Of a stretch of 64,000 nucleotides of DNA, positions 9,373-19,241 are shown in pieces. Position 1 is the first letter of the stretch. Each line of letters opens with the position of its first letter. Origin of the DNA: Longimicrobiales bacterium. Lineage in GTDB: Bacteria; Gemmatimonadota; Gemmatimonadetes; Longimicrobiales; Gaopeijiaceae. A program made the translations under genes and the position numbers. The DNA lies in contig CBDCKN010000003.1 of assembly GCA_965218295.1 (NCBI GenBank), positions 288,001 to 352,000 of the forward strand. The letters are read 5' to 3'. Under the pieces are notes generated by a model that was not told the DNA's origin, did no database searches, and worked only from the letters and a program-made list of their open reading frames with translations.

Positions 9373-9565
9373 AGCTGCCAGAACGGCTCGCGGCTCTTGC
9401 CGAAGAGCTGGTTGATCAGGGAGGCGACGCTGTAGGCGAGCGAGTAGGTGTCGAGCAGCGGATCGTCGAGCGGGTTCCACTGCCAGGCACCGCCGAGGCC
9501 GATCTCCAGGTAGTCGTCCCCGCGGCCGGCCTTCTCGAGGATCCCCCGCACGTCGTGGCAGAAGC
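9373..9565 (-). pseudogene. Internal fragment of a TraD/VirD4-like coupling protein
   Basis: FCHDVRGIL...WQWNPL...EPFWQ resembles the NP...FW region after Walker A in coupling proteins; no start and no ATPase remainder. Confidence 0.6.
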
Positions 9566-9686
9566 ACGGCTAAGTCTTCGCAAGTCCCTATGGGACAAAG
9601 ACTTGGAAACACCTTACGGAGACGTGTATCACATGGTGTGTCCGAAGGCCGTAAATCGTGTTACCCGTTGGGTTTAGGACAGAAAC

Positions 9687-9739
9687 CCACGGACCACGGA
9701 CCCACGGACGACGGATGGGCGGCTGCCACGGACCACGGG
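9687..9739 (+). repeat. Cluster of CCACGGA heptamer repeats
   Basis: CCACGGA x3 at 9687-9708, a degenerate copy, then CCACGGA CCACGGG at 9726-9739. Confidence 0.65.
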
Positions 9740-9863
9740 CCGTTCGTTTCACGCACATCCAAAGCACCAGCGCGACAGCCGGCCTTGACAAACTGTCGTT
9801 GCCCGCTGCGATTCGGATGCGAACCGTAAGTCCCTCCGCAGTCCACTGAGTCGGGAAGGCCCC

Positions 9864-11805
9864 ATGCAGCGTCTGAACCTGGTTGTCGCAGTGCTCTCAG
9901 TTCGCCGCCGCGTGCGGTGACGGTGGATCTCCGACGCCGACGGGTCCACCCGCCCCGCCACCCAACCGTGCGCCGACCGTGTCGGCCGCGATTCCGGACC
10001 AGAGCGTGGAGGCGGGAGCGGAGGTGACGGTGGGTGTTTCCGGGGCCTTCTCCGACCCCGACGGGGACGCCCTCAGCTATGGGGCCACCTCGGACGCCTC
10101 GGATATTGCCACAGCGAGCGTCTCCGGAAGCGATGTCACGGTGACCGGCGTGGCTCCGGGGACGGCGACGATCACGGTGACCGCGACCGACCCCGGAAGC
10201 CTCAGCGCCACGCGGACCTTCGAGGTGACGGTCAGGAGCGCCAACCGGGCGCCAACCGTATCGGCCGCGATTCCGGACCAGAGCGTGGAGGCGGGAGCGG
10301 AGGTGACGGTGGACGTTTCCGGGGCCTTCTCCGACCCCGACGGGGACGCCCTGAGCTATGGGGCCACCTCGGACGCCCCGGATGTTGCCGCGGCGAGAGT
10401 CTCCGGAAGCGGTGTCACGGTGACCGGCGTGGCTCCGGGGACCGCGACGGTCACCGTGACCGCGACCGACCCCGGAGGCCTCGGCGCCACCCAGAGATTC
10501 GAGGTGACGGTCGTGAGCGCCAACCGGGCGCCGACCGTGTCGGCCGCGATTCCGGACCAGAGCGTGGAAGTGGGAGCGGAGGTGACGGTGGACGTTTCCG
10601 GGGCCTTCTCCGATCCCGACGGGGACGCCCTGAGCTACGGGGCCGCCTCGGATGCCTCGGATGTTGCCACGGCGAGAGTCTCCGGAAGCGATGTCACGGT
10701 GAGCGGAGCGGCCCGGGGGACGGCAACCGTCACGGTGACCGCGGCCGACCCCGGAGGCCTGAGTGCCACCCAGACCTTCGAGGTCGCCGTCGAAGCGGAA
10801 GCGGACCTCGACGCTCTCTTCGCCCCGCCCACGGAGACGGAGATCGCACAGGTGGTGGCGGAGTGGGAGACCCGTGAGCCCGAGGTCAGCGGGGTTCGCC
10901 TTGAACTCGACATGTTGCACGTGTACGTGCCCACCTCGCCCCTGGGAGGCGCACCCTTCACGGTCCGGGTCCGGATCCTCTCCCACACCGTAGGGGGGTC
11001 CCGGCACTACGGTGCGGTGGTGACCCCGCCCGGTGCGGAGCCCGGCACCCTACCCGTCATCCTCCATGCCCACGGTGGGGACGACGGCGTGGAGCTCGGG
11101 CAGGTTTTTCTGTTGAATTCGTTCCTGCAGGGCCACCGCGCGGCCTTCGTGGTACCGTCGTATCGCTCCGAGCCCCTCCAGTTCGAGGACCAGGAATTCT
11201 TGTCCGAGGGTCTACCCAGCCCGTGGGACCGGGACGTCGACGACACCATGTCACTTCTCTCTGTCGCGATCGAACAGGTGCCGGAGCTGGACGGGGAGCG
11301 GGTAGCGGTCGTGGGGTTCAGCCGGGGGGGCGCCGTGGGTCTCCTGACGGCCGCGCGCGATCCGAGGATCGACGCCGTCGTCGAGTTCTTCGGCCCGACG
11401 GACCTGTTCGGCGAGTATGCGCGTGAGATCTTCGAGGAGGCGCTGGGCGGCGAGCTCCGGGATCTTCCCGGTCTCGACTACCTCAACGAGCACGTCATCG
11501 TGCCGTGGCAGCTGGGGGACCTCTCCGATGCAGAGGCTCGGCTGGAGCTGGTACGCCGATCCGGAGTGTACTTCGTCGATCGCCTCCCGCCGGTCCAGCT
11601 GCACCACGGGACCGCGGACACCGTCGTGGCCTACAGCCAGGCCCAGCGGCTGATCGACGCGATGGAAGAGGCGGGAAAGGGGGAGGAGGAGTTCGAGGCC
11701 CACCGCTATCCTGGCGCTGGTCACGAAATCGAGGCCCTTATCGTACAAGGGGCTCCCACGCGTGCGGTCGACTTCCTTCGTCGCTTCCTCTTCGAGCTTC
11801 CGTAG
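9864..11805 (+). CDS. Lipoprotein with three Ig/cadherin-like repeats and a C-terminal S9-like alpha/beta hydrolase (frameshift in signal peptide near 9900)
   Basis: MQRLNLVVAVLS then lipobox AAAC in the next frame; FSDPDGDALSY repeats; GFSRGG nucleophile, HGTAD, AGH. Confidence 0.85.
9964..10790 (+). repeat. Three tandem 279-bp (93-aa) intragenic repeats
   Basis: Units start at 9964, 10243 and 10522 (NRAPTVSAAIPDQSVE...). Confidence 0.95.
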
Positions 11806-11995
11806 GCCGTATGGAGGAGTCGGCGACCTAACCGCTTCGGGGACTCGGATAGGTGAGTCAGGCAAGCCGTGGAGGGATTACGATCCGGGATCGGCTGGCC
11901 GCCACTGGGGCGTGCCCAAGCAAGGTGGCTACGCGCGCTGGCTAGAGGACAACCTGATCCCAGGCTACCGTTCGATTCAAGGGGGCCATGATTGT
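11806..11995 (+). pseudogene. Fragment resembling the internal region of an N6/N4 DNA methyltransferase
   Basis: GDLTASGTRIGESGKPWRDYDP...GRHWGVP recalls the variable region of beta-class methyltransferases; no catalytic motifs present. Confidence 0.5.
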
Positions 11996-12146
11996 CCCGG
12001 GAACGCTTGCGGGGGGTGTTTTGCCATGCCGCTGGCGGAGCCTCCGGACGGGCTGCTTGCCCTGCTGAACATCTCTAAACGTTACAAGCACTTAGGACAT
12101 TTCCTACGGGTTGACGCGCTTGCCGACGCCTCTTCACCGTTACGGT

Positions 12147-12345
12147 ATGGAGACGCTGGAGCAGCAGTTCAATTCGCAAGTGCGCGCGTTCCTCGGGTGC
12201 ACGGGCCTGAGGCCGACGACGTTCGGCATGAAGGCGTTGGGCGACCCGAACCTGGTGCGCCAGATCGGGCGCGGCCGATTCGTCGTCGCTGAGGACGGCG
12301 GACCACGTTCTGGCATTCTTGGCCGGCTACGACCGGGAGTCCGGG
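12147..12345 (+). pseudogene. Small Cro/XRE-like HTH protein, frameshifted
   Basis: METLEQQFNSQVRAFL...TFGMKALGDPNLVRQIGRGR, continuing as SLRTADHVLAFL in another frame. Confidence 0.6.
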
Positions 12346-12645
12346 CGGTGCGGTTGGCCTTCCCACGAGGTCAAGGCTGATCTGTTCGGTCATCACGGCA
12401 TTGGTCTAATGGTATCGCACCGATTCAGGACACACAGTCGAACGCGGCGGTCGCCCCACGGCCATCCTTCTCGATTGACGGCATCCCCAGTGCCGAGCGG
12501 CTTGCCCCGAGCCCCGCTCAAGGCCTCGCTGGCGGAGGGTGGCCGGACCTCGATTTCCGTATCTCGGTGCTCCGCAAGCAGGTGGAAAATGGCCTATATC
12601 CTACGCTATTGCGTGAATTGCCAACACCGTTTTGCGTGGATGGGT

Positions 12646-12780
12646 ATGGAGAACCTGACGAAGCAGTTCGAGCAGCGCCATGGCGACGTTACTTCGGCGC
12701 ACGCGGCTGACGCGGTCGGAGGCCGGGGAGCGCGCGATCGGGGACCGGAAGTTTGTGGGAGATGTGCGGCGGGGCCTGGA
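12646..12780 (+). pseudogene. Second small HTH paralogue, frameshifted and truncated
   Basis: MENLTKQFEQR / ATLLRRTRL...AIGDRKFVGDVRRG aligns with the 12147 protein. Confidence 0.55.
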
Positions 12781-12862
12781 CCCGGAGCCCTCCGGTTCCT
12801 CTCGACCGAGCTCGCATCACGTATCTCAGAGCCGACCTGGCGCTGGTGACGGAGGACTCGGG

Positions 12863-13795
12863 ATGATCGCCCATCTCCGGGGACGCGAGAAGACGCTCGA
12901 GCCGTTAGGCTGGACAGGTCGCCGTTCCGAGTGGATCGCGCTCGTCTGCTTCCACAGCGGCGTGTTCACCCGCGCCCAATGGACCCAGTTCATGGACGCG
13001 CACCCCGAACAGGTGCGCCGCGGCGTCCACGCGCTGATCGCGCAGGGCGTGGCCGCCGAAGAGACTGTGCCTGGGATACGGGGCATCGGCCGCGTGTCGC
13101 GGATCTTCTCCCGGCGCATCTACCGCGCCCTCCGCGCCGAGCACATCCGCCACCGCCGGACCGCCTCGACCGAGGTGCTCATGCGCCGCCTCCTCTCGCT
13201 CGACTACGTGATCGAACATCCCGACCTGCTGTGGCTGCCGACCGAACCGGAAAAGGTCGCGGCGTTCGAGGCGCTCGGCATCGAGCGCGAGCTCCTGCCC
13301 TCCCGGCTCTACCGGGGAGCCGGCGGCGACACCCGGCGCTGCTTCCCCCTCAAGCTGCCCGTGGCACTTGAGGCCGGCGGCGCCGTCTTCGTCTACGCAG
13401 AGCCCGGCCACGAGACCACGACCGCGCTCCGTTCCTGGGGCAATGCGCACCGCGGACTCTGGCGGGCGCTCCAAGAGCGCGGCCGGTCCGTCGAGGTGGT
13501 CGCCGTTGCCAGCACTTCGCGGGAGACGGAACGAGCCAAGAGGGTCATGCGCGGCTGGGCCGGGGCCTCCGGACCGGCCGAGCCCGACGCCGAGATCCGG
13601 GAGGAGCTTGCCCGGATCGAGCGCGCGATCCTTCAGGGCGCGGTCCAGATCCTCGAGGAGTTTGGAGGCTTGCAGGCCGCCTTGAAGCGCAGCGTATCGC
13701 TGACGAAGCAGACCCGGCGGCGGTCTGGACCCGGGTCCATCCACCGCGCCAGCACCTGGCGGACGGTGCGTCTCGCAGGGGCACGCTACCGATGA
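12863..13795 (+). CDS. Unknown mobile-element protein, copy 2 (intact, 310 aa); possibly wHTH plus nuclease-like, replication-relaxation type
   Basis: GGAGG at 12851-12855 before the ATG; paralogue of 1..651; the functional guess is inference. Confidence 0.8.
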   Translation: MIAHLRGREKTLEPLGWTGRRSEWIALVCFHSGVFTRAQWTQFMDAHPEQVRRGVHALIAQGVAAEETVPGIRGIGRVSRIFSRRIYRALRAEHIRHRRTASTEVLMRRLLSLDYVIEHPDLLWLPTEPEKVAAFEALGIERELLPSRLYRGAGGDTRRCFPLKLPVALEAGGAVFVYAEPGHETTTALRSWGNAHRGLWRALQERGRSVEVVAVASTSRETERAKRVMRGWAGASGPAEPDAEIREELARIERAILQGAVQILEEFGGLQAALKRSVSLTKQTRRRSGPGSIHRASTWRTVRLAGARYR

Positions 13796-14100
13796 CCGGC
13801 GCGCGTCTTACGGCCGTACTGGCGCGTGAAAACGACGTGGGGGGTCGATTCACACTTTGGCGCTCCGGCGATTCACACGGGACCCCACGCGTATCCGTCG
13901 CGACCGCAGCGTCTTGCGCCTTCGTGGCCCGGCCCCGCGTTGTCGGACGGGCCGATCAGGCAGTGGTGGGAGCGACCCCCCAGGCCGAGGGCCTGCTACG
14001 GGCGCGGGGCTAGGTGTGTTTTCACACGCTGGCCCCCGCCCTCCGGGGGTCGCTCCCAGTCCATGGATCCCTTGGCGGGAAGGCCGTCCAGCGCCGCTGT
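13792..14100. other. Conserved structured cis-element, copy 2
   Basis: CGATTCACAC at 13846-13855 and 13869-13878; stem 13967-13979/14046-14058. Confidence 0.7.
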
Positions 14101-15668
14101 GAGCGGCGTATCAACGGACCGATCCGGCTTCCGGGTCTCGGCTCTCGTCGGCCAGGTACGCGGCCCAGTCGAAGGGCAGGCTGTTCATGGTGCCGAGGCA
14201 TGGGGCCTGATCGCGCTCCACGCCGTTCGACGAACGCGAGGTAGCTAAGGCCCTTCGGGCTCGTCGGACACAGGGTCATCGTGCTTGCGCCGAGCATCCT
14301 CCACGCCCATACAAAGTCAATTAGACGCGCTCTGCCGTTGTGCCACGATCCCTCGTCAAGGCGGCAATACCACTGATTCGGAGCGCGACGCGTCGCAGGT
14401 GCGTTCGGCGGCTTCTCAGCTTCGAACGGAATTGCATCCTTCAGCTTCTCGAAACGCTCATGACAAAGGTCGACAGCCGCAGGATAGAAAGTGATCCGTA
14501 TCTTCCCGGGTTCGTCAATTGTAACGGAATGCGACCCGCGGACACACACGTCGTCGGGCAGGGTGATCGTCCGGTGCAGATAGGTAATGCCGGATTTCGT
14601 ATAGTATGTCCGGACACTGTAGTCCAACGACACTTTCACATCCTGCCACACCTTCGCCACTCCGTGCTCGCCGGCCTTCCGATTCAAGTCGCGAGCGCCT
14701 GGGCGGTTGGCGGATGACGTATGGGGATCGTCCGAAGTCCGTACCTGCCTGGCCAACAGCATGCCATCGCCGTCGGGCCGGGCGTAGTGCCCCACGACGT
14801 CGAAGTCGAACTTCCCGCGGGCCACGGCCCCCATGTCGAGCTCGGCCGTGAGGATCCCTTCGGCATCGAAGAGGGGACCGGCCAGGCAGTCTCCAGCCGG
14901 GTCGTAGATGGCACTGCCACCAGGGCACAGGGTGTCGGGCCAGGACTCGAGCTCCCCAGCGATCTCAAGGTCGTCGGGGTACATGTCGCGGGTCACGTAC
15001 TGGTTACACCCCAACACGAAGCAGCGCCCCTCCAGGGCGATGTGCTGCAGTGTTCCCTGCCAGCGGCCCCGGTAGTCGGCGGTGGGTGCGAGGTAGATCT
15101 CCACCCCCTTCCCGTACATGGCCATGCGGGCGAGGGGCATGTAGTTCTCCCAGCAGATGAGGCCACCTACACGGCCGAATGGGGCGTCGACCGTCGTGAG
15201 CGTGCTCCCGTCTCCCTCGCCCCAGATCAGGCGCTCCGCCGCCGTGGGCTTGAGCTTTCGGTGCTTGCCCAGAAGCGAGCCGTCGGCGCCGAAGTACAGG
15301 AGTGTGCAGAAAAGGGTGCCTCCGCTGTAGGTGGAGTCGCGCTCCACGACGCCCACGGCCAGGTATACGCCCGCCTCATGGGCCGCTTCACCCATGCGCT
15401 CGGTGGCCGGACCCGGCACCTCGACCGCCGTGTCCCAGTAGCGCTGCCAGACGCGCCGGCCGGCGTCGCTCCGGCCCCCCACGGCGGTACCGAAGGCCAG
15501 GCCCCAGGGATAGCCGCCGACATACGCCTCGGGAAAGACGACCAGTCCGGCGCCGTCGGCCGCGGCCTGGGCCGTAAGGTCGGTGACCTTCTCGGTGGCC
15601 CCCTCCCGGTCGAAGAAGGTGGGGGATGCCTGCACGACGGCGGCCGTCACGGTGCGATTGTCGCTCAC
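14022..15668 (-). CDS. Nitrilase (homology 14772-15668) with its C-terminus replaced by island sequence
   Basis: FPEA, HRKLKPT and ICWEN give the E-K-C triad; homology ends at GHYARPD; GGAGAG RBS before GTG 15668. Confidence 0.9.
   Translation of the reverse strand: MSDNRTVTAAVVQASPTFFDREGATEKVTDLTAQAAADGAGLVVFPEAYVGGYPWGLAFGTAVGGRSDAGRRVWQRYWDTAVEVPGPATERMGEAAHEAGVYLAVGVVERDSTYSGGTLFCTLLYFGADGSLLGKHRKLKPTAAERLIWGEGDGSTLTTVDAPFGRVGGLICWENYMPLARMAMYGKGVEIYLAPTADYRGRWQGTLQHIALEGRCFVLGCNQYVTRDMYPDDLEIAGELESWPDTLCPGGSAIYDPAGDCLAGPLFDAEGILTAELDMGAVARGKFDFDVVGHYARPDGDGMLLARQVRTSDDPHTSSANRPGARDLNRKAGEHGVAKVWQDVKVSLDYSVRTYYTKSGITYLHRTITLPDDVCVRGSHSVTIDEPGKIRITFYPAAVDLCHERFEKLKDAIPFEAEKPPNAPATRRAPNQWYCRLDEGSWHNGRARLIDFVWAWRMLGASTMTLCPTSPKGLSYLAFVERRGARSGPMPRHHEQPALRLGRVPGRREPRPGSRIGPLIRRSQRRWTAFPPRDPWTGSDPRRAGASV
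14245..14660 (-). CDS. Hypothetical lower-GC ORF segment, in frame with the upstream nitrilase
   Basis: GTG at 14660; protein-like composition (VAKVWQDVKVSLDY...) and lower GC than flanks; 3' end unclear. Confidence 0.4.
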
Positions 15669-15676
15669 GGTTCTCT

Positions 15677-15710
15677 CCAGTGTTCCGTTGCCAAAGCAAC
15701 GGGACACTAA
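15677..15710. repeat. MITE family A, minimal hairpin
   Basis: AGTGTTCCGTTGC-CAAA-GCAACGGGACACT. Confidence 0.75.
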
Positions 15711-15711
15711 C

Positions 15712-16653
15712 TCAGCGGCTACAGTAAACGAACTCTGCCACCACGTCCCCCACTATGAGCAACGTCTGCGCGCTCGTGTTCTCCGGGGTGTCGTAGGGCG
15801 TGTGCCAAAGGCTGTTCTTCGACCCGTAGTCGAAGTCGATGACGTTGATGGTGGGGATTCCGGCGTCGTTGAGCTTCAGATGGTCGTCCACGACCCGGGC
15901 TGTCTCGTCCAACGGGAAATAGCGCCGATAGCCCAGGTCCGCAGCGATTCCCCAAACCCGCTGCACGAGCTGCGGCGCAGCCTCGAGGGAGTAGGCCTCC
16001 ACGGGAAATCGGGGGTCGGCGTCGCCCACCATGTCCAGAAGCACGGCGAAGTCCGGGGGGGCTTCTGAGCCCCTTCCCGTAGCGTAGTGGGCAGCCCCGA
16101 GGAACATGTCGGCCGTGGTGGGCCCGTAGTCCTCGCCGTCGCTGAAGAGAAGATCCACGCCCACGGGCGGAGCCTGCTCGGCGAACATCCGCGCCAGCTC
16201 TAGGAGCACGGCCGTGCCTGACGCCCCGTCGTTGGCACCGGGCACCGGCTTCTCCCGATCGTCGTCGTCTCGGCTCTGGTCCGCCGTCGGCCGCGTGTCC
16301 CAGTGCGTGAGGAGGAGGAGGCGTCGATCGCTCTCGAGGCCGAAACGCGCGATGACGTTCGTGAGGCTCAGGGAGTCTCCGTCGCCGGTGACGTGCTCGA
16401 ACTCGTCGAGGAACACGGTGTCGGCGAGCTCGCTGAGCTGCTCCACCATCCAGGCGAACTGGCGGGCGTGGCCCTCCATCCCCGGCACGCGCGGGCCGAA
16501 GGCCACCTGCGCCTGGAGGTCCTGAAAGGCCCGCGTGGCGTCGAAGGCCGGGCGGTCCACCCTGACCGAGATGGTCATCTCTTCGGAATCCCCACCTCCG
16601 CACCCTACCACCAGAAGCTGTAGAGCCATCATCAACGGCCATCGCTTCGTCAC
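15712..16653 (-). CDS. M28-family peptidase / glutaminyl cyclase-like lipoprotein
   Basis: Lipobox VVGC; HWDTRP, GANDGASG, DGEDYG, DDH, WHT. Confidence 0.9.
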   Translation of the reverse strand: MTKRWPLMMALQLLVVGCGGGDSEEMTISVRVDRPAFDATRAFQDLQAQVAFGPRVPGMEGHARQFAWMVEQLSELADTVFLDEFEHVTGDGDSLSLTNVIARFGLESDRRLLLLTHWDTRPTADQSRDDDDREKPVPGANDGASGTAVLLELARMFAEQAPPVGVDLLFSDGEDYGPTTADMFLGAAHYATGRGSEAPPDFAVLLDMVGDADPRFPVEAYSLEAAPQLVQRVWGIAADLGYRRYFPLDETARVVDDHLKLNDAGIPTINVIDFDYGSKNSLWHTPYDTPENTSAQTLLIVGDVVAEFVYCSR

Positions 16654-16736
16654 TTCGTCCTCGCGGTAGAATATCTCGGCGGGCATGGCGCGCTGGTGTC
16701 GCCGGGCGCCTGAGCCGGTGGGCGGGTAGCAGGACA

Positions 16737-16829
16737 CTAGTGTTCCGTTGCCGTAGTTCTCGAGCCACCAAGAAAGTCGGATGCACCGTGCCCTCGACCG
16801 GCCGAGACACTTTGGTAACGGAACACTAG
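16737..16829. mobile_element. MITE family A, internally deleted copy (93 bp)
   Basis: CTAGTGTTCCGTTGCC...GGTAACGGAACACTAG; interior matches both ends of 49243-49410. Confidence 0.8.
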
Positions 16830-16907
16830 AACCCCTGGGCGGTCCCGGGGTTTCTTCCGGGTCGGGGCCCGCGTATCCTCCCGATCATCCCCTTCCTGGA
16901 GCCGTTC

Positions 16908-17234
16908 ATGAATAGACCTCCGCCCCTCGATGTGCTCGAGCAGGCCAGTGAGTGGAAAGCGCAGGGCTTGGGCGTGGCCCTGGCGACGGTGGTTCGAACG
17001 TGGGGCTCGGCTCCGCGACAGCCGGGCAGTCAGATGTGCATCAACGAGCACGGGCACTTCGTGGGCTCGGTGTCGGGCGGATGCGTCGAGGGCGCCGTAA
17101 TCCAGGAGGCCCAGGAGCTCATGGTCCATGGGGGCACCAAGCTCCTGCAGTTCGGCGTGACCGACGAGCAAGCGTGGGAAGTGGGACTGGCCTGCGGTGG
17201 CGAGGTGGAGATCTACGTCGAGAGAGTGCAATGA
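16908..17234 (+). CDS. xdhC: XdhC/CoxI family, N-terminal module
   Basis: TWGSAPR, GSVSGGCVE, GLACGG. Confidence 0.9.
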   Translation: MNRPPPLDVLEQASEWKAQGLGVALATVVRTWGSAPRQPGSQMCINEHGHFVGSVSGGCVEGAVIQEAQELMVHGGTKLLQFGVTDEQAWEVGLACGGEVEIYVERVQ

Positions 17235-17944
17235 AGGCCGAGCTCCTGAGCCGACTGGTCGAGGACCGGCGTAGGGAGCGAGCCGTGGTCCTCGCCACGG
17301 ACCTGGACACCGGGGAGCAGCTCCTCCTCTACCCGTTGGAGGCCGGCTCGGAGGTCGGCGATCCCGAAGCCTCGGAGGAGGCCGAGCTAAACCGGGCGGC
17401 CCGCAGTGCACTCCTGAACGACCGCTCCCAGCCGATGGACGGGCCCAGCGGCCCCTTCTTCCTGCAGGTGCACAATCCACCTCACCGCATGGTGGTGGTG
17501 GGCGCGGTACACATCGCCCAGCCGTTGGCCCAGATGGCCAGCCACGCCGGCTTCTCCGTCTCGCTCGTGGATCCCCGCGAGGCCTTCAACACGGAAGCTC
17601 GCTTCCCGGGCGTCGACCGTCTCCTTTCGTGGCCGGATACTGCCCTGGCGGACCTGGAGCTGGACCATCGAACCGCCGTGGTGACCCTCACCCACGACCC
17701 CAAGCTCGATGACCCCGCGCTGGCGACGGCTCTGGGCGGTCCTGCCTTCTACATCGGAGCCCTCGGCAGCCGCAAGACACACGGCCGGCGCCTCGAGCGC
17801 ATGAGGGAGGCCGGGTTCGACGAGGAGGCTCTGTCCAGGATTCGCGGCCCCGTGGGTCTCGACATCGGAGCGCGGACGCCGGGGGAGATCGCCGCGGCCA
17901 TTCTGGCCGAGGTCATCGGAGAGCTGCGGCGGGACGTGACATGA
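17231..17944 (+). CDS. xdhC: XdhC/CoxF family, C-terminal Rossmann module
   Basis: GAVHIAQ, THDPKLDD, YIGALGS, GPVGLDIGA. Confidence 0.9.
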   Translation: MKAELLSRLVEDRRRERAVVLATDLDTGEQLLLYPLEAGSEVGDPEASEEAELNRAARSALLNDRSQPMDGPSGPFFLQVHNPPHRMVVVGAVHIAQPLAQMASHAGFSVSLVDPREAFNTEARFPGVDRLLSWPDTALADLELDHRTAVVTLTHDPKLDDPALATALGGPAFYIGALGSRKTHGRRLERMREAGFDEEALSRIRGPVGLDIGARTPGEIAAAILAEVIGELRRDVT

Positions 17945-18621
17945 CCGACGATGCGCTGGAGGCGGCGGATCCGACCCCGCCCGCCCCCTCCGGCGTGATC
18001 TGCGTGGTGCTGGCCGCGGGATCCTCCACCCGCATGGGGGGGCGCAACAAGCTGTTAGAGCCCGTCGACGGCGCTCCCATGGTGGCGACCGTGGTACGAG
18101 CCGCTCTCGCCTCCCGCGCCGATGAGGTCGTCGTGGTCACGGGTGAGGACCGTGAGCGGGTAGAGGCGTGCCTCTCCGGGCTCCCGATCCACCTCGTGTG
18201 GAACCCGGACCACGCCCAAGGCCTCAGCACATCCCTCAAGGCCGGTGTCTCGGCCCTCCCCGGCGGTGCACGGGCGGTCGTGGTATGCCTGGGAGACATG
18301 CCCCGAGTGCGTCCCAGTCACATCGACACCCTGGCCCGAGCCTTTCTCGCGGATCCCGATGGCTCCATCTTCGTGCCTACATGGCAAGGGCGGAGAGGCA
18401 ATCCGGTGCTGTGGACCGTGAACCTGCTCCCTGAGATCGGCACCCTCGCGGGTGACGGCGGTGCCAAAGCGCTCATGTCTCGCCACCCGACCGAGGTGCG
18501 CGAGGTCCCGGTGGATGCGCCTGGCATCCTCACCGACGTGGACACACCCGAGGCACTTCGGGAGTTGACCGCGCCCAATGACGCACGATCCCAGAATTCC
18601 GAATGTCCTCCCTCAAGATAG
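17941..18621 (+). CDS. mocA: Molybdenum cofactor cytidylyltransferase
   Basis: LAAGSSTRMG..NKLL, LGDMP, GNPV, DVDT. Confidence 0.85.
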   Translation: MTDDALEAADPTPPAPSGVICVVLAAGSSTRMGGRNKLLEPVDGAPMVATVVRAALASRADEVVVVTGEDRERVEACLSGLPIHLVWNPDHAQGLSTSLKAGVSALPGGARAVVVCLGDMPRVRPSHIDTLARAFLADPDGSIFVPTWQGRRGNPVLWTVNLLPEIGTLAGDGGAKALMSRHPTEVREVPVDAPGILTDVDTPEALRELTAPNDARSQNSECPPSR

Positions 18622-19241
18622 AGGAGCGCTTCGAGCTGGACGCGCACCCTGACGAGGTCTGGGCATACCTCACTCAACCTGAGCGCATCGTCGTGTGCCT
18701 ACCGGGAGCCGAGTTCACCGAGGTCATCGACGAGCGGAACTATGCGGGCAGGGTCAAGGTGAAGCTCGGCGCGGTGGCCATGGAATACCAGGGGACGATG
18801 GAGTTCACCGAGGTGGATCCCGAGCAACGGGTCATCCGGATGGAGGGCAAAGGCCAGGAGAGGCGCGGCGGTGGGACGGCCACCCTCTCAATGGAGGGCA
18901 CGGTCCGCGAGTTGGAAGGGGACCGCTCCGAGGTCTCGGTCGTGGCGGACATCCGGCTGGCCGGCAAGATCGTCTCCTTCGGAAGGGGCATGATCCAGGC
19001 GGTCACGGCGGAGGTCTTCAGGGAGTTCACCGAACGCCTGGCCGACGAGCTGGCGGCGAACAGCCCGGCGGCAGGTCCTACCGGAGCGTCTGGAGGTCCT
19101 ACCCTAGTTTCCGGAGGCACCGGAGCGTCTGGCGCACCGCCCGGTATGGCCACCGACGCTAGCTCGGAAGCGGTGCCCCTGCTTCCGCTTCTCTTCCGGT
19201 CCCTCAGATCTTGGCTCCGGCGCCTCTTCGGGCGGGAGTAG
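18603..19241 (+). CDS. coxG: CoxG / SRPBCC family protein
   Basis: VWAYL..PERIVVCLPGA, VKVKLG, FGRGMI. Confidence 0.85.
   Translation: MSSLKIEERFELDAHPDEVWAYLTQPERIVVCLPGAEFTEVIDERNYAGRVKVKLGAVAMEYQGTMEFTEVDPEQRVIRMEGKGQERRGGGTATLSMEGTVRELEGDRSEVSVVADIRLAGKIVSFGRGMIQAVTAEVFREFTERLADELAANSPAAGPTGASGGPTLVSGGTGASGAPPGMATDASSEAVPLLPLLFRSLRSWLRRLFGRE

Noticed and set aside
9964..10790. Long direct repeats as a possible CRISPR array
   Set aside because: Contiguous 279-bp in-frame coding repeats without spacers; no cas genes.
12680..12862. N-terminal extension of ORF 12680..13795
   Set aside because: It is the frameshifted HTH relic; a GGAGG RBS supports the start at 12863.
19074..19135. Short repeats in the coxG linker
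   Set aside because: Ordinary low-complexity linker.
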